A stretch of 64,000 nt of DNA from Akkermansiaceae bacterium (GTDB taxonomy: Bacteria; Verrucomicrobiota; Verrucomicrobiia; Verrucomicrobiales; Akkermansiaceae), in the NCBI GenBank assembly GCA_051251915.1, contig JBPOGF010000001.1, positions 160,001 through 224,000 on the forward strand. Direction: 5' to 3'. Positions 1 to 8,833 of the stretch are shown piece after piece (within the stretch, counting starts at the first letter, position 1; each line of letters starts with the position of its first letter). Made by a program: the position numbers and the translations under genes. Below the pieces are notes generated by a model. It was not told the DNA's origin. It saw nothing but the letters and a program-made list of their open reading frames with translations, and did no database searches.

Positions 1-467
1 TCTAGGAGTTCTACGTTGGCTAGGCGTTTTTCTAGCTCGGTGTTGTGAGCTTGGACTTCGTCTAGGTTTTCGTTGATGGAGCGTAGTTCTTTTCTTAGGA
101 TGGTGAATTCTTCGTTGTAGGCTTCCTCTGTTTTTGGTCTACCGAAGATCCAGACGCATGCGGTGGCGACGGCGCTGGATACGGCGGTGGCCATGGGGAG
201 GAATTCGGCTCCTACGAGTCTGCTTCCAAAGGCTCCGTATACGCCCATGAGGAGGATGGTGCCACCGGCGATGATGCCGGTGGCTGCGGTTTTGATGACG
301 TTGTTGGCGGTGTTGCCTGGGGTAAGGATACGTTCTATGGCGCCTTTTTTAGGCTCACGGCGACGGTCACGACGTTCGTAGTAATCGCGGTCATCGTCAT
401 CGTAACGTTTTTTTCTACGATCATCGTCGTAGCGTTTTCTTGATTTGTAGTCGTCTCTGTCCCCCAT
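1..467 (-). CDS. Hypothetical membrane protein (partial, runs off the window): D/R/K-rich N-terminus, two TM helices, coiled coil
   Basis: Manually translated from ATG at 467: MGDRDDYKSRKRYDDDRRKK...GIIAGGTILLMGVYGAFG...LRKELRSINENLDEVQAHNTELEKRLANVELL; open to position 1; starts 19 nt after the hom stop. Confidence 0.8.
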   Translation of the reverse strand, partial: MGDRDDYKSRKRYDDDRRKKRYDDDDRDYYERRDRRREPKKGAIERILTPGNTANNVIKTAATGIIAGGTILLMGVYGAFGSRLVGAEFLPMATAVSSAVATACVWIFGRPKTEEAYNEEFTILRKELRSINENLDEVQAHNTELEKRLANVELL

Positions 468-486
468 AGCTATTTGGTATCAGTTT

Positions 487-1821
487 CTATAGATTCTCGA
501 TGCGGAAAACGACTGGAGCTGAGTTCACTGAGTCTAGTGCGAGGACTTTTTTCAGTGTGGCTTTGAGTTTTCCGAATGGACAAGTATGGAGCAGGAATAC
601 CATGTCGACAAATTCTTTGTCTGGGTTTTCTGGATCTACTGGTGAGTGGGTGCCTGAGATACCTACGCCGTCGTTGGCGAGGACTTGGGCGATTTCTGCG
701 ACGACGCCTGGTCTGTCAGTGACATCAAATCTGACGTAGTATGGAGTGGTGGTGTCCTCGATGGGTTTGATCTTGGTGTCTTCTGAGTATGGGAGGAATC
801 CGCGGTGTGGTGAGCCTGATGAGATGGTGTGGGCTGCATCTACGATGTCTGCAACTACCGAGCTGGCAGTAGGTTCTTTACCTGCTCCTCTGCCGTAGAA
901 GAGGGCGTCACCGCTGGCGTCACCTCTGACTGCGACGGCATTGAACACGCCGTTGACGCTGGAGAGGATGTGGCTTTTAGGGATGAATGATGGCTGGGTA
1001 CGGAGTTCAACTTTGCCGTCTGGGTGCTTGCGGACGACCGAGAGGAGCTTGACGTTGTAGCCGAGGTTCTTGGCAAATTCGATGTCTGTGCTGGTGACGC
1101 GTTCGATGCCTCTGACGTAGACGTCTGCGGGGTCGATGACGGTTCCGTATGCTAGTGTGGCGAGGAGGATGGCTTTGTGGGCGGCGTCCCAGCCGTTAAC
1201 GTCTAGTGTAGGGTCTGCTTCTGCGTAGCCGAGTTCCTGAGCTTCTTTGAGTGCTTCTGGGTAGCCGAGGCCGGCGGTGGTCATGCGCTCTAGGATGTAG
1301 TTCGATGTACCATTGATGATGCCGGTCATGGACTCGATGTCATTTCCGACGTAGCTGCCCTGGACTGCTTTGATGATGGGGATACCACCTGCTACGGCGG
1401 CTTCGAAGTGGATGGCAGCTTGGTGTTCTAGTGAGAGGGCGAAGAGTTCTTCTCCGCGTTCTGCGAGGAGTGCTTTGTTTCCAGTGACGACGGTTTTGCC
1501 GAGCTTGAGGGCTGCGGCTACGATGTCGAATGCTGTGGTGGTGCCGCCGATGAGTTCTACGACGATGTCGACAGATGGGTCTTCTACGACGTCATGCCAA
1601 TCTGAGGTGAAAAGTGTGGATGGCGCGTCTTCGATGCGCTTTTTGGTAATGTCTCTGACGGCAGCTTTGACGATGTTGACTTCAAACTGGTTGTTTGATC
1701 GTCCGTTGATGAGTTCGCGGTTTTTCTGAATGGTTTCCCAGACGCCTGTGCCTACGGTTCCGAATCCTACTAGTCCGACCCCGACTTGTTTTGGGGTGAT
1801 GTTTTTTTGTTGCTCTGTCAT
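487..1821 (-). CDS. hom: Homoserine dehydrogenase with C-terminal ACT domain
   Basis: GFGTVG Rossmann motif, FEAAVAGGIP, GIINGTSNYIL, EADPTLDVNGWDAAHK, GAGKEPTASSV, ACT motif DRPGVVAEIA. Confidence 0.97.
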   Translation of the reverse strand: MTEQQKNITPKQVGVGLVGFGTVGTGVWETIQKNRELINGRSNNQFEVNIVKAAVRDITKKRIEDAPSTLFTSDWHDVVEDPSVDIVVELIGGTTTAFDIVAAALKLGKTVVTGNKALLAERGEELFALSLEHQAAIHFEAAVAGGIPIIKAVQGSYVGNDIESMTGIINGTSNYILERMTTAGLGYPEALKEAQELGYAEADPTLDVNGWDAAHKAILLATLAYGTVIDPADVYVRGIERVTSTDIEFAKNLGYNVKLLSVVRKHPDGKVELRTQPSFIPKSHILSSVNGVFNAVAVRGDASGDALFYGRGAGKEPTASSVVADIVDAAHTISSGSPHRGFLPYSEDTKIKPIEDTTTPYYVRFDVTDRPGVVAEIAQVLANDGVGISGTHSPVDPENPDKEFVDMVFLLHTCPFGKLKATLKKVLALDSVNSAPVVFRIENL

Positions 1822-1844
1822 GATGGTTGGAATGTGCGTTATGA

Positions 1845-3077
1845 TTAGCTGTTGTGTATATCAATAAATTGTAGGATGACTTGATTTCCTGAAATGGTGG
1901 CCGTGGGTTTGCGTTCGGGGATGGAGCTGAGATCGGCTGCTAGGAGGTGAAATTTCTTTGCGTCGGCTTCTGTTTCCCATCGGGTGGTCCAGGCGATGGT
2001 GAAGGTGCGGAGGTCTTGAGTGATGGTGAGGTTGTCAGAGGTAAGTTTTTTGTGTAGTTCAGAGTTTTCATCCCCTAGTTGTTTCAGGTAGAGCATGATG
2101 AAGAGTTGGCCGAGTTCTGTGTTGAGGTGTTGGTTCTGGGTTAGTGGTGGACGCGCTGCTGGTGGTTCGGTGAGGGGCATTCGCTTGGCGAAGATGGTGG
2201 CGGTGGATCTGGGCATGTGCTGGTAGAGCTCAGGGAACACTGAGTCGTTCTGGAGCATGATGTCCTCGATGTAGGTCTTGCCGTAGATGGCGGGGAAGGT
2301 GGTAATTCCTTGAATGAGGGAGGGGAGGGAGTTGAAGGTTTCTTGGGCTTCTAGGTTGGGTTTGAATTGCTTGGTGTGGCCGCCTTCGAGTGCGGTGATG
2401 TTTCTGAAGCGCTGGGCGATGGAGCTGGCGCGGCCTCGGATGAAGGCTTGGCGGGCTTGGAAGGCGTCGTCTGTTAGGTTTGATTTCTGGTCATCGGTTA
2501 GCGGGAAATTGAGCTCTAGGAGGGCGATGGAGAGGTGCTTGATGATGCTGGTGGTGTGGAGGAGGTTTTCGTCATCGAAGTCTGCGGAGAGTAGTATTTC
2601 GTTGGCGCTGGAGTCGTAGACGGCGACGGCTCCGGCGGTCTCGGCGATGGCGAGTTGGTTGATGAGGTGTTGATTTGGCGGCATGATGCCTAGTGACTCG
2701 AAGGCGTATTTACGCATTTCCATGCCTTCGATTTTGAATTGCTGGGTGTAGCGGTAGCGGACGACTTCTGCGAGGCGGTCGTCGTCCACGCGACGGGCGG
2801 CTACGTGGTCTGGGAATGTGAGGCCGAGGTTCTGCTCTACGAACTTGTAGTGAGCTAGGGGTAAGGTTATTTCTGCGCCATTGACTTGGAGTTTTTTGAG
2901 GGTGGCGTTTTCACCTTCGAGGATTGTGATTTGCTGTTGGAGTTCGGCGATTTTCTGGATTTGGGCGGGGCTGTTGGAGGTAAGGTTTTGTTGTTTTTGG
3001 GAATACAGCACGGAGCCTACTATTGATGCTAGGGCGATCAGTGAGGCTAGGAGGGTGCTGGGTGGAATTTTCATCAA
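1845..3077 (-). CDS. Membrane-anchored protein resembling a degenerate zinc-metallopeptidase family
   Basis: N-terminal TM and coiled coil; AVYDSSANEI, KHLSIALLELNF (HELxHALQDQxF-like), FPAIYG, WTTRWETEADAKKF. Confidence 0.65.
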   Translation of the reverse strand: MMKIPPSTLLASLIALASIVGSVLYSQKQQNLTSNSPAQIQKIAELQQQITILEGENATLKKLQVNGAEITLPLAHYKFVEQNLGLTFPDHVAARRVDDDRLAEVVRYRYTQQFKIEGMEMRKYAFESLGIMPPNQHLINQLAIAETAGAVAVYDSSANEILLSADFDDENLLHTTSIIKHLSIALLELNFPLTDDQKSNLTDDAFQARQAFIRGRASSIAQRFRNITALEGGHTKQFKPNLEAQETFNSLPSLIQGITTFPAIYGKTYIEDIMLQNDSVFPELYQHMPRSTATIFAKRMPLTEPPAARPPLTQNQHLNTELGQLFIMLYLKQLGDENSELHKKLTSDNLTITQDLRTFTIAWTTRWETEADAKKFHLLAADLSSIPERKPTATISGNQVILQFIDIHNS

Positions 3078-3112
3078 CGGGTCTTACGGTGGGTTTGAAT
3101 TTGATGTCTGAA

Positions 3113-3868
3113 TTATCTGCCGACGAGGATTTCTTCTGTGTCTAGGCCTGTGAGTTTTTTGAGGCCGTTTAGCATGAAGTAGAGGATGAATGCCATGACG
3201 AAGAAGAATGGGGCACCGATGACGAGGAATCCCCAACCGGTGATTTTCCCTACGATTTCGTTGTATTCTACTTTCCAGTTTTCGATGGTGGGGCTGAGGC
3301 CTTTGAAGAAGTAGAGTGAGAGTGCCATATTTGCGACTGCGCTGACGCAGAATGAGCCGAACATGATGAGTGAGCATTTCCAGAGGAGTGCTTTGTAGTC
3401 TGGTTGCTTTTCGTTGGTTTTGACGGATTTCTCGATGCGTTTGACGTCGAATAGGGCGTCGTTGTAGAGGAAGGTGTTGAGTAGGGGGGAGGTCATTTTG
3501 TGGGTGATGAGGAAGAGTGAGCCGATGACGAGTGGCTGTATGGCTTCTTTGATCCCGAAGATGATGCCTACGTGTGGGCGGGATGCTTCATTGTAGAAGA
3601 GGTAGATGGTGATGAGGCCGGTGAGGAGGATGGCGAAGAGGCCTACGCATGAGAAGAGGTTGAGTTTCTTGTGTTTTATGAAGTGCCAAATGCCGAAGGC
3701 GAGGGGGAGAATGAGGGCGATGGCCATGGCGGTGACTGGTCCTAGGTGCCAGAACTTGCCTTCTTCTTTGCTCATGTAGCTGAGAATCATGACGGGGGCG
3801 ATGACGTTGACGACGATGTCGAGCAGGGAATTGTCTGGTTTCTTTTTAGGTTTGATTTGGTCAGCCAT
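3113..3868 (-). CDS. VC0807-family inner membrane protein
   Basis: NVIAPVMILSYMS, KKLNLFS, KEAIQPL, PLLNTFLYN, TGLDTEEI pattern; multiple TM helices. Confidence 0.75.
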   Translation of the reverse strand: MADQIKPKKKPDNSLLDIVVNVIAPVMILSYMSKEEGKFWHLGPVTAMAIALILPLAFGIWHFIKHKKLNLFSCVGLFAILLTGLITIYLFYNEASRPHVGIIFGIKEAIQPLVIGSLFLITHKMTSPLLNTFLYNDALFDVKRIEKSVKTNEKQPDYKALLWKCSLIMFGSFCVSAVANMALSLYFFKGLSPTIENWKVEYNEIVGKITGWGFLVIGAPFFFVMAFILYFMLNGLKKLTGLDTEEILVGR

Positions 3869-3973
3869 TGGTATGAAAGATGATTTGTTTCCTATGCTTT
3901 GCCATGTCCGCGAAAACTTGCAAGTTTGAATTTGCTGGGTTGTAGTGTTTGGGAATTTAGTTAGGGTGTGGGT

Positions 3974-5155
3974 ATGATTTATTTAGACAGTAATGCTACT
4001 ACGCAGGTGCATCCGGAGGTGTTGGAGGTGATGATGCCGTATTTGACGGATCAGTGTTATAATCCGTCTAGTGGGTATAGGGCGGGGAAGTTGGTGAAGG
4101 GGGCTGTGGAGGCTGCGCGGGAGCAGGTGGCGAGGTTGATAGGGGCGGATGCGCGGGAGATTTATTTTACGGGGTGTGGGACTGAGGCGAATAATGCGGT
4201 GTTGTATTCGTTGGCGGGGATGTGTGGGGAGAATAGGAGGATTGTGACGAGTGAGATAGAGCATAGTGCGATCTTGCGGGTGTGTGAGCATTTGGCGGAG
4301 CGTGGGTTTGTGATAGATAAGGTGGGGGTGGATGCTGGTGGGAGATTGGATTTGGGAGCTTGGGAGAAGGCTGTGAATGCTGAGGGTGTGGCGTTTGCGA
4401 CGGTGATGTGGGCGAATAATGAGACTGGGATTATCCAGCCAATAGAGGAGGCTTGTGCTCTGGCGAAGGCGGCGAGGGTGCCGCTTCATACGGATGCGAT
4501 TCAGGCGGTGGGGAAGACGAGGGTGGATGTGAGGGAGGTGCCGGTGGATTTTCTGTCGATTTCAGGGCATAAGTTTCATGCTCCGAAGGGGGTGGGGGCA
4601 CTGTATGTGCGGAGTGGGTTGAGGTTTGAGCCGATGTTGAGGGGAGGGGGGCAGGAGAGTGGGGTCCGGAGTGGGACTGAGAATGTGGCGTCGATCGTGG
4701 GGATGGGGAAGGCTGCGGAGATTATGCAGGGGAGACTGGATGATGATGGTCATGCAGGGGTGGGTGAGTTGCGGGATTATTTGGAGGGGATTTTGATGGA
4801 GAATTTAGAGGGTGTGGAGGTGAATGGTGCTGTGGAGTTTAGGGCGGCGAATACGTTGCATTTGGCATTTGAGCATTGTGAGGCTTCTGGGTTGTTGATT
4901 TTGTTAGATGAGTATGGTGTGGCTTGTTCGGCTGGGTCTGCTTGTATGACTGGGAAGCAGCAACCGTCTCACGTGCAGAAGGCGATGGGGTTTAGTAATG
5001 AGCGGGCGAATAGTAGTTTGCGGATATCGTTGAGTATTTTTACGACGAAGGAGGAGGTCGAGGAGGCTGGGAAGATGATAGTGAAGGCGGTGAAGAAGTT
5101 GCGGAGTGTGCAGGGTGGTGGTGGGGTGGGGCCGGTGGTTATTTATACGGGGTGA
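3974..5155 (+). CDS. Cysteine desulfurase (IscS/NifS family, PLP)
   Basis: IYLDSNATT, NPSS, EHSAI, ANNETG, HTDAIQ, SGHKFHAPKG, SAGSAC. Confidence 0.95.
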   Translation: MIYLDSNATTQVHPEVLEVMMPYLTDQCYNPSSGYRAGKLVKGAVEAAREQVARLIGADAREIYFTGCGTEANNAVLYSLAGMCGENRRIVTSEIEHSAILRVCEHLAERGFVIDKVGVDAGGRLDLGAWEKAVNAEGVAFATVMWANNETGIIQPIEEACALAKAARVPLHTDAIQAVGKTRVDVREVPVDFLSISGHKFHAPKGVGALYVRSGLRFEPMLRGGGQESGVRSGTENVASIVGMGKAAEIMQGRLDDDGHAGVGELRDYLEGILMENLEGVEVNGAVEFRAANTLHLAFEHCEASGLLILLDEYGVACSAGSACMTGKQQPSHVQKAMGFSNERANSSLRISLSIFTTKEEVEEAGKMIVKAVKKLRSVQGGGGVGPVVIYTG

Positions 5156-5268
5156 GGTTAGCGGTGATCAGTTAGCAGTGATCGGTGGGGTTCGCTTTGC
5201 TCATCTTTTGGTTGGGGTGGTGGGGTAGTTCTTGATATGGGCTGTGTATGGATGTTATTGGTTAGATT

Positions 5269-5604
5269 ATGAAATTAAGAGAGCGATTTGAAGAGGGCTT
5301 AGGGGAGTTAGCTGATGTTGATGTTGGGTTGTGGAAGGATACTGATTTGATGTGTGTTTTTTATCGGGGGAAGGAGTTTGCTCATTTTCATGATCATGAG
5401 GAAATCGATGTTCGGTTGTCTCAAAAATTTATCAAACAGGAGGGGATTAGGCCATTGGTTGATTCTCCATACCATCTTAAGCGCTCTAAAAACTCGAGAT
5501 GGGTTCAGATGCGTTTTCAGACGGTGGAGGAGGTTGATGATTTGGTGGTTTTGATCCAGCGACTGATCGATGTTGAATACAAGGATTCTCATTGGGGTGG
5601 TTGA
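5269..5604 (+). CDS. DUF5519/luciferase-like small protein
   Basis: GKEFAHFH...IDVRL...HLK..SRWV pattern. Confidence 0.6.
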   Translation: MKLRERFEEGLGELADVDVGLWKDTDLMCVFYRGKEFAHFHDHEEIDVRLSQKFIKQEGIRPLVDSPYHLKRSKNSRWVQMRFQTVEEVDDLVVLIQRLIDVEYKDSHWGG

Positions 5605-5690
5605 TAAGTAGCCTGCCTGTTGGTTTGGTTTGGTTTGGTTTACGCAATTTGGCTATACAGAGTGTTCTTGTTGGGATAACTTTTATTTTT

Positions 5691-6170
5691 ATGAAAATTC
5701 TATTCTCTGTCTTTACGTTGTTTTTGGTTGTCACTTCTATATCGTTGGCTGAGGAGTCAGTGGTGAAGATTGCGAAGGTGGATTATTCTGAGGTGAGTGA
5801 TTTGCTGGAGGAGATTGTTTTGGCTCGGCCTGAGAATAAGGAGTTAGGGGAGAGGTTTTTGGCCCAGAAGAAAAAGTCGGATGAGTTACAGGAGATGATG
5901 CAGCAGGCGATATTGAAGGGGGAGAAGATTAATCCGATGGAGGCAGCTAGTGGGATGATGGATAGCCGGAATTCAGGAGATCGGAAAAAGATTGAGATGT
6001 TGTGTGAGAAGTTGGTTTTGGAGGTGATCGAGAAGGCTTTTGAGGATAAGTATCAGATCATTTTGAAGTCGGGTTACCGGAGTTCACTGCTTTATACGAA
6101 GGTGGCGATTGATGATGTGACGGATTTGCTTAGGCAGGAGCTTTTGGGGCAGCTGCCGGAGAAGAGGTAG
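5691..6170 (+). CDS. Exported protein, possibly OmpH/Skp-like
   Basis: Signal peptide from ATG 5691; KIAKVD at the N-terminus, helical core, LLY...DDVTDLL C-terminus reminiscent of Skp. Confidence 0.5.
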   Translation: MKILFSVFTLFLVVTSISLAEESVVKIAKVDYSEVSDLLEEIVLARPENKELGERFLAQKKKSDELQEMMQQAILKGEKINPMEAASGMMDSRNSGDRKKIEMLCEKLVLEVIEKAFEDKYQIILKSGYRSSLLYTKVAIDDVTDLLRQELLGQLPEKR

Positions 6171-6185
6171 TTTTAAAGATGGATT

Positions 6186-6620
6186 ATGGATACTCGTGAA
6201 CTGGAGGTGCGGCTTTTGGCTGAGGGTTGTAGTATGAGTAATTTCGCGATTAATCATCGGGGGAGTGGTAGTGATCTTTATTGTTTGGGGAAGAAGGGTG
6301 AGGTCTGGTCAGTGTTTTATACGGAGCGCGGGAGAGACTCTGAGCCTATTTTTGAGTCAGTTTCTGAGGAGGAGGCTTGTTTGTTTTATTATGATTTGAT
6401 GAAGAAGATGGACCATTGGCATTTGGTTGGGTTCTTTGCTGATGAGGCTTCTGCTTTGGAGCTGCAGGGGAGGTTGACGGATATTGGGGTTGTGTTCATT
6501 CGGAATGATATTCCGGCTTATAAGCATGCTGATGACCCGCGGTACCGGTTGTTTGTGGTTGGGGAGGATATTTTTAAGGTGAGAGAGTTACTTGGTGATC
6601 GTTTTGGAGGGAGTATTTAG
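6186..6620 (+). CDS. Conserved hypothetical protein (WxVxYxERG...SEEEAC motif plus SPOR-like C-terminus)
   Basis: Intact 144-aa ORF in tandem with neighbours; motif read from the translation. Confidence 0.7.
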   Translation: MDTRELEVRLLAEGCSMSNFAINHRGSGSDLYCLGKKGEVWSVFYTERGRDSEPIFESVSEEEACLFYYDLMKKMDHWHLVGFFADEASALELQGRLTDIGVVFIRNDIPAYKHADDPRYRLFVVGEDIFKVRELLGDRFGGSI

Positions 6621-6638
6621 TTTTGGCCTGAGTGGAGG

Positions 6639-7082
6639 TTATTTTTTCTGTGACTGCATTTCACGTTGGCGCATGGGCATGGTGTCGATGAGTGCGAAGA
6701 TTGCTTTGAAGTCGAGTTTATCCCAGCGTTTCTTGAGCTTGCCGTCTTTTCCTATGAGGATGATTGTTGTGTTGGGCTTGTTCTGTTTTGAATCTTTTTT
6801 ATGGTATTGATTATTGATGGCTTTGAGTTGTGTGTTTGTGAGTGGAATAGGGTTATTGCTTATGGTTTTGCCATTGGTTTTAATCTGGTAGTAGATAAGG
6901 TGACGGTCGGTGATATTTTTGTTGAATTTTAGGAATTCTTCAGAGTAATCATTTTCCGCATAGATAATCAATACACGGTGTTTCCATAGATGTTTATCCA
7001 GTGAACTGGCTTGGCTGATGGAGGGACATAGAAATGCGCATGTGCCGGCGATAGATAGGATTAGGAATAGAAATTTTCTCAT
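6639..7082 (-). CDS. DUF4174 domain exported protein
   Basis: Signal peptide; WKHRVLII, LIGKDG..K, IFALIDTMPMRQREM. Confidence 0.9.
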   Translation of the reverse strand: MRKFLFLILSIAGTCAFLCPSISQASSLDKHLWKHRVLIIYAENDYSEEFLKFNKNITDRHLIYYQIKTNGKTISNNPIPLTNTQLKAINNQYHKKDSKQNKPNTTIILIGKDGKLKKRWDKLDFKAIFALIDTMPMRQREMQSQKK

Positions 7083-7218
7083 CGTTCATTATAACCCCAG
7101 ATTTTTAAAAACCAAAATACCTTTATTAAAGGAATTTAGTATAGAGTAGTTTCGCGGAGACTTAGGCCTAGTAACAAATCTGGTTTACAGACCAGTTACT
7201 CCGTGTCAAATTCTGGGT

Positions 7219-7653
7219 ATGAAACCTGGTGGACAAGAAGGAGGAGAAGGATACTTTTTAGGAGGTATCGCGTTGGTTATTGCTGGGCTGTATTTCTTTA
7301 TGGACTCGGTCTATGTAACTACGGGGCAGTATGGGGCGATCAGTGGGATGATAGGTAGGGGGAGAAATGGGATGGAGACGACTTCGATGGGGATTGTGTT
7401 TTTGCCGTTTTTGATCGGGGTGGGGGTGTTGTTTTATGATGCTTCTAAGCGATGGGGGTGGTGGCTGGCGGGTCTCGGTTTGATGATGTTGGTGATCGAG
7501 ATGGTGAGCCGGATTCATTTCCGTATGGAGATCAAGTCTTCAACGTTTTTGTTGATGTTTTGTTTTATGGCTGCGGGTGCAGGGTTAGCTACACGCGGGC
7601 TTCTGCTGAATAAAAGGAAGGAAAAAGAGGAGCGGAAAAAGGATAAAGGGTAG
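7219..7653 (+). CDS. Hypothetical 4-TM membrane protein
   Basis: Four hydrophobic segments and a basic C-terminal tail. Confidence 0.8.
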   Translation: MKPGGQEGGEGYFLGGIALVIAGLYFFMDSVYVTTGQYGAISGMIGRGRNGMETTSMGIVFLPFLIGVGVLFYDASKRWGWWLAGLGLMMLVIEMVSRIHFRMEIKSSTFLLMFCFMAAGAGLATRGLLLNKRKEKEERKKDKG

Positions 7654-7657
7654 ATCT

Positions 7658-7978
7658 TTAGCTGATGAAGCGGTAGATCCAGAGGCAGACGGAGGTGATG
7701 GCTAGGACTAGGAATACGAAGAGGACTCCGTTTTTAGCTTGGTGTCTGTGCTCGTTTTTGAGCTCGCCTCGGCTGAGGCGGTCAAAGAATTCTTTTTCGC
7801 GACGGACGGTTATAATTTCATCTGGAGCGGGGAGGGTTTGCATGCGCTCAATTTCTGCGGCGCGGCGTTTGGTAGGCTCGTTCTCGATGAAATCTCGGAG
7901 TGACTCGATCTCATTTTTAACGGCCTCATTGACTTGTGTGAGGTCGTCTAGTTCAGGGAGTGTGAGTTGCTTAGCCAT
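7658..7978 (-). CDS. Hypothetical protein, helical with C-terminal TM anchor
   Basis: 106-aa ORF following 8003..8653; C-terminal hydrophobic helix. Confidence 0.8.
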   Translation of the reverse strand: MAKQLTLPELDDLTQVNEAVKNEIESLRDFIENEPTKRRAAEIERMQTLPAPDEIITVRREKEFFDRLSRGELKNEHRHQAKNGVLFVFLVLAITSVCLWIYRFIS

Positions 7979-8002
7979 TGCATGAGGATACTGCGTAAAT
8001 GA

Positions 8003-8653
8003 TTATTTTGCAAAGAAAAGGATCATAGCGATCACGCCGAGAATCACGATTGGTAAGTTGAATGCGATGCCTTGCTTGAACATGGTCATGAATTCACTTT
8101 GTTCGGCAGGTGATGCCTTAGCTGAGATTTTGGAAGCTTTCTTGCCGTTGCCGAAGATGCCTGAGTGAGCGCCGTTAGCGAAATAAGCGATAGCTTCATC
8201 GTATTCGTCTTCTGCGTGGTCGAGGACTGAGACGGCTTTGGTGAGTTCTTTTTGTAGTTGCTCACGTGTCCATGACTCAGGGTGAATGCTGTCGATTTTT
8301 TGTTGGTGCTCAGCGAAACATTTGCGTGTCTGCTCCAGGTCTTCCATGTCTTGGCGCATCTCATAGAGTGAGCGGTCGATGGATGTGAGGCAGACGGATA
8401 GCCTTTCTGTCATGTTGACTTGGCCGTCGAGGAAATCTTCTTTGCGTTTGGTGAGCTCTTCTAACTCAGCTTTTTGCTGTTCTATGAGTTCTTGTTGATG
8501 TTGTAGTTGCTCTAGCTTGTGCTGAGCTGCTACGAGTTTGCCTTCAAAGTCATCTGTGATGGGTGCGGCTTCGCTGAGTGTGCCGTCAGACATTTCCATC
8601 TGTGAGTTGTTGACTTTGAGTTGTTGCTTGCGAGGTTCTTTAAGAGTAGGCAT
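8003..8653 (-). CDS. Coiled-coil protein with C-terminal TM anchor
   Basis: Long Q/E/L heptad stretches; ends LPIVILGVIAMILFFAK. Confidence 0.85.
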   Translation of the reverse strand: MPTLKEPRKQQLKVNNSQMEMSDGTLSEAAPITDDFEGKLVAAQHKLEQLQHQQELIEQQKAELEELTKRKEDFLDGQVNMTERLSVCLTSIDRSLYEMRQDMEDLEQTRKCFAEHQQKIDSIHPESWTREQLQKELTKAVSVLDHAEDEYDEAIAYFANGAHSGIFGNGKKASKISAKASPAEQSEFMTMFKQGIAFNLPIVILGVIAMILFFAK

Positions 8654-8833
8654 GATTTTGTTCGTTTTAGTTGGGGAATAGCCACTTTTAACTTAATTTG
8701 TGTGTCCTGTGAAGCATTATTTAATTTTTCTTGACTATTTATTATCTCTTACAAAATAAGCGATTAGTGGGGATGACCGGGATGGTGGAAAAAAGTCCCT
8801 TGCTGAGTGAAATTATGAGACTATAGTTTCTGC

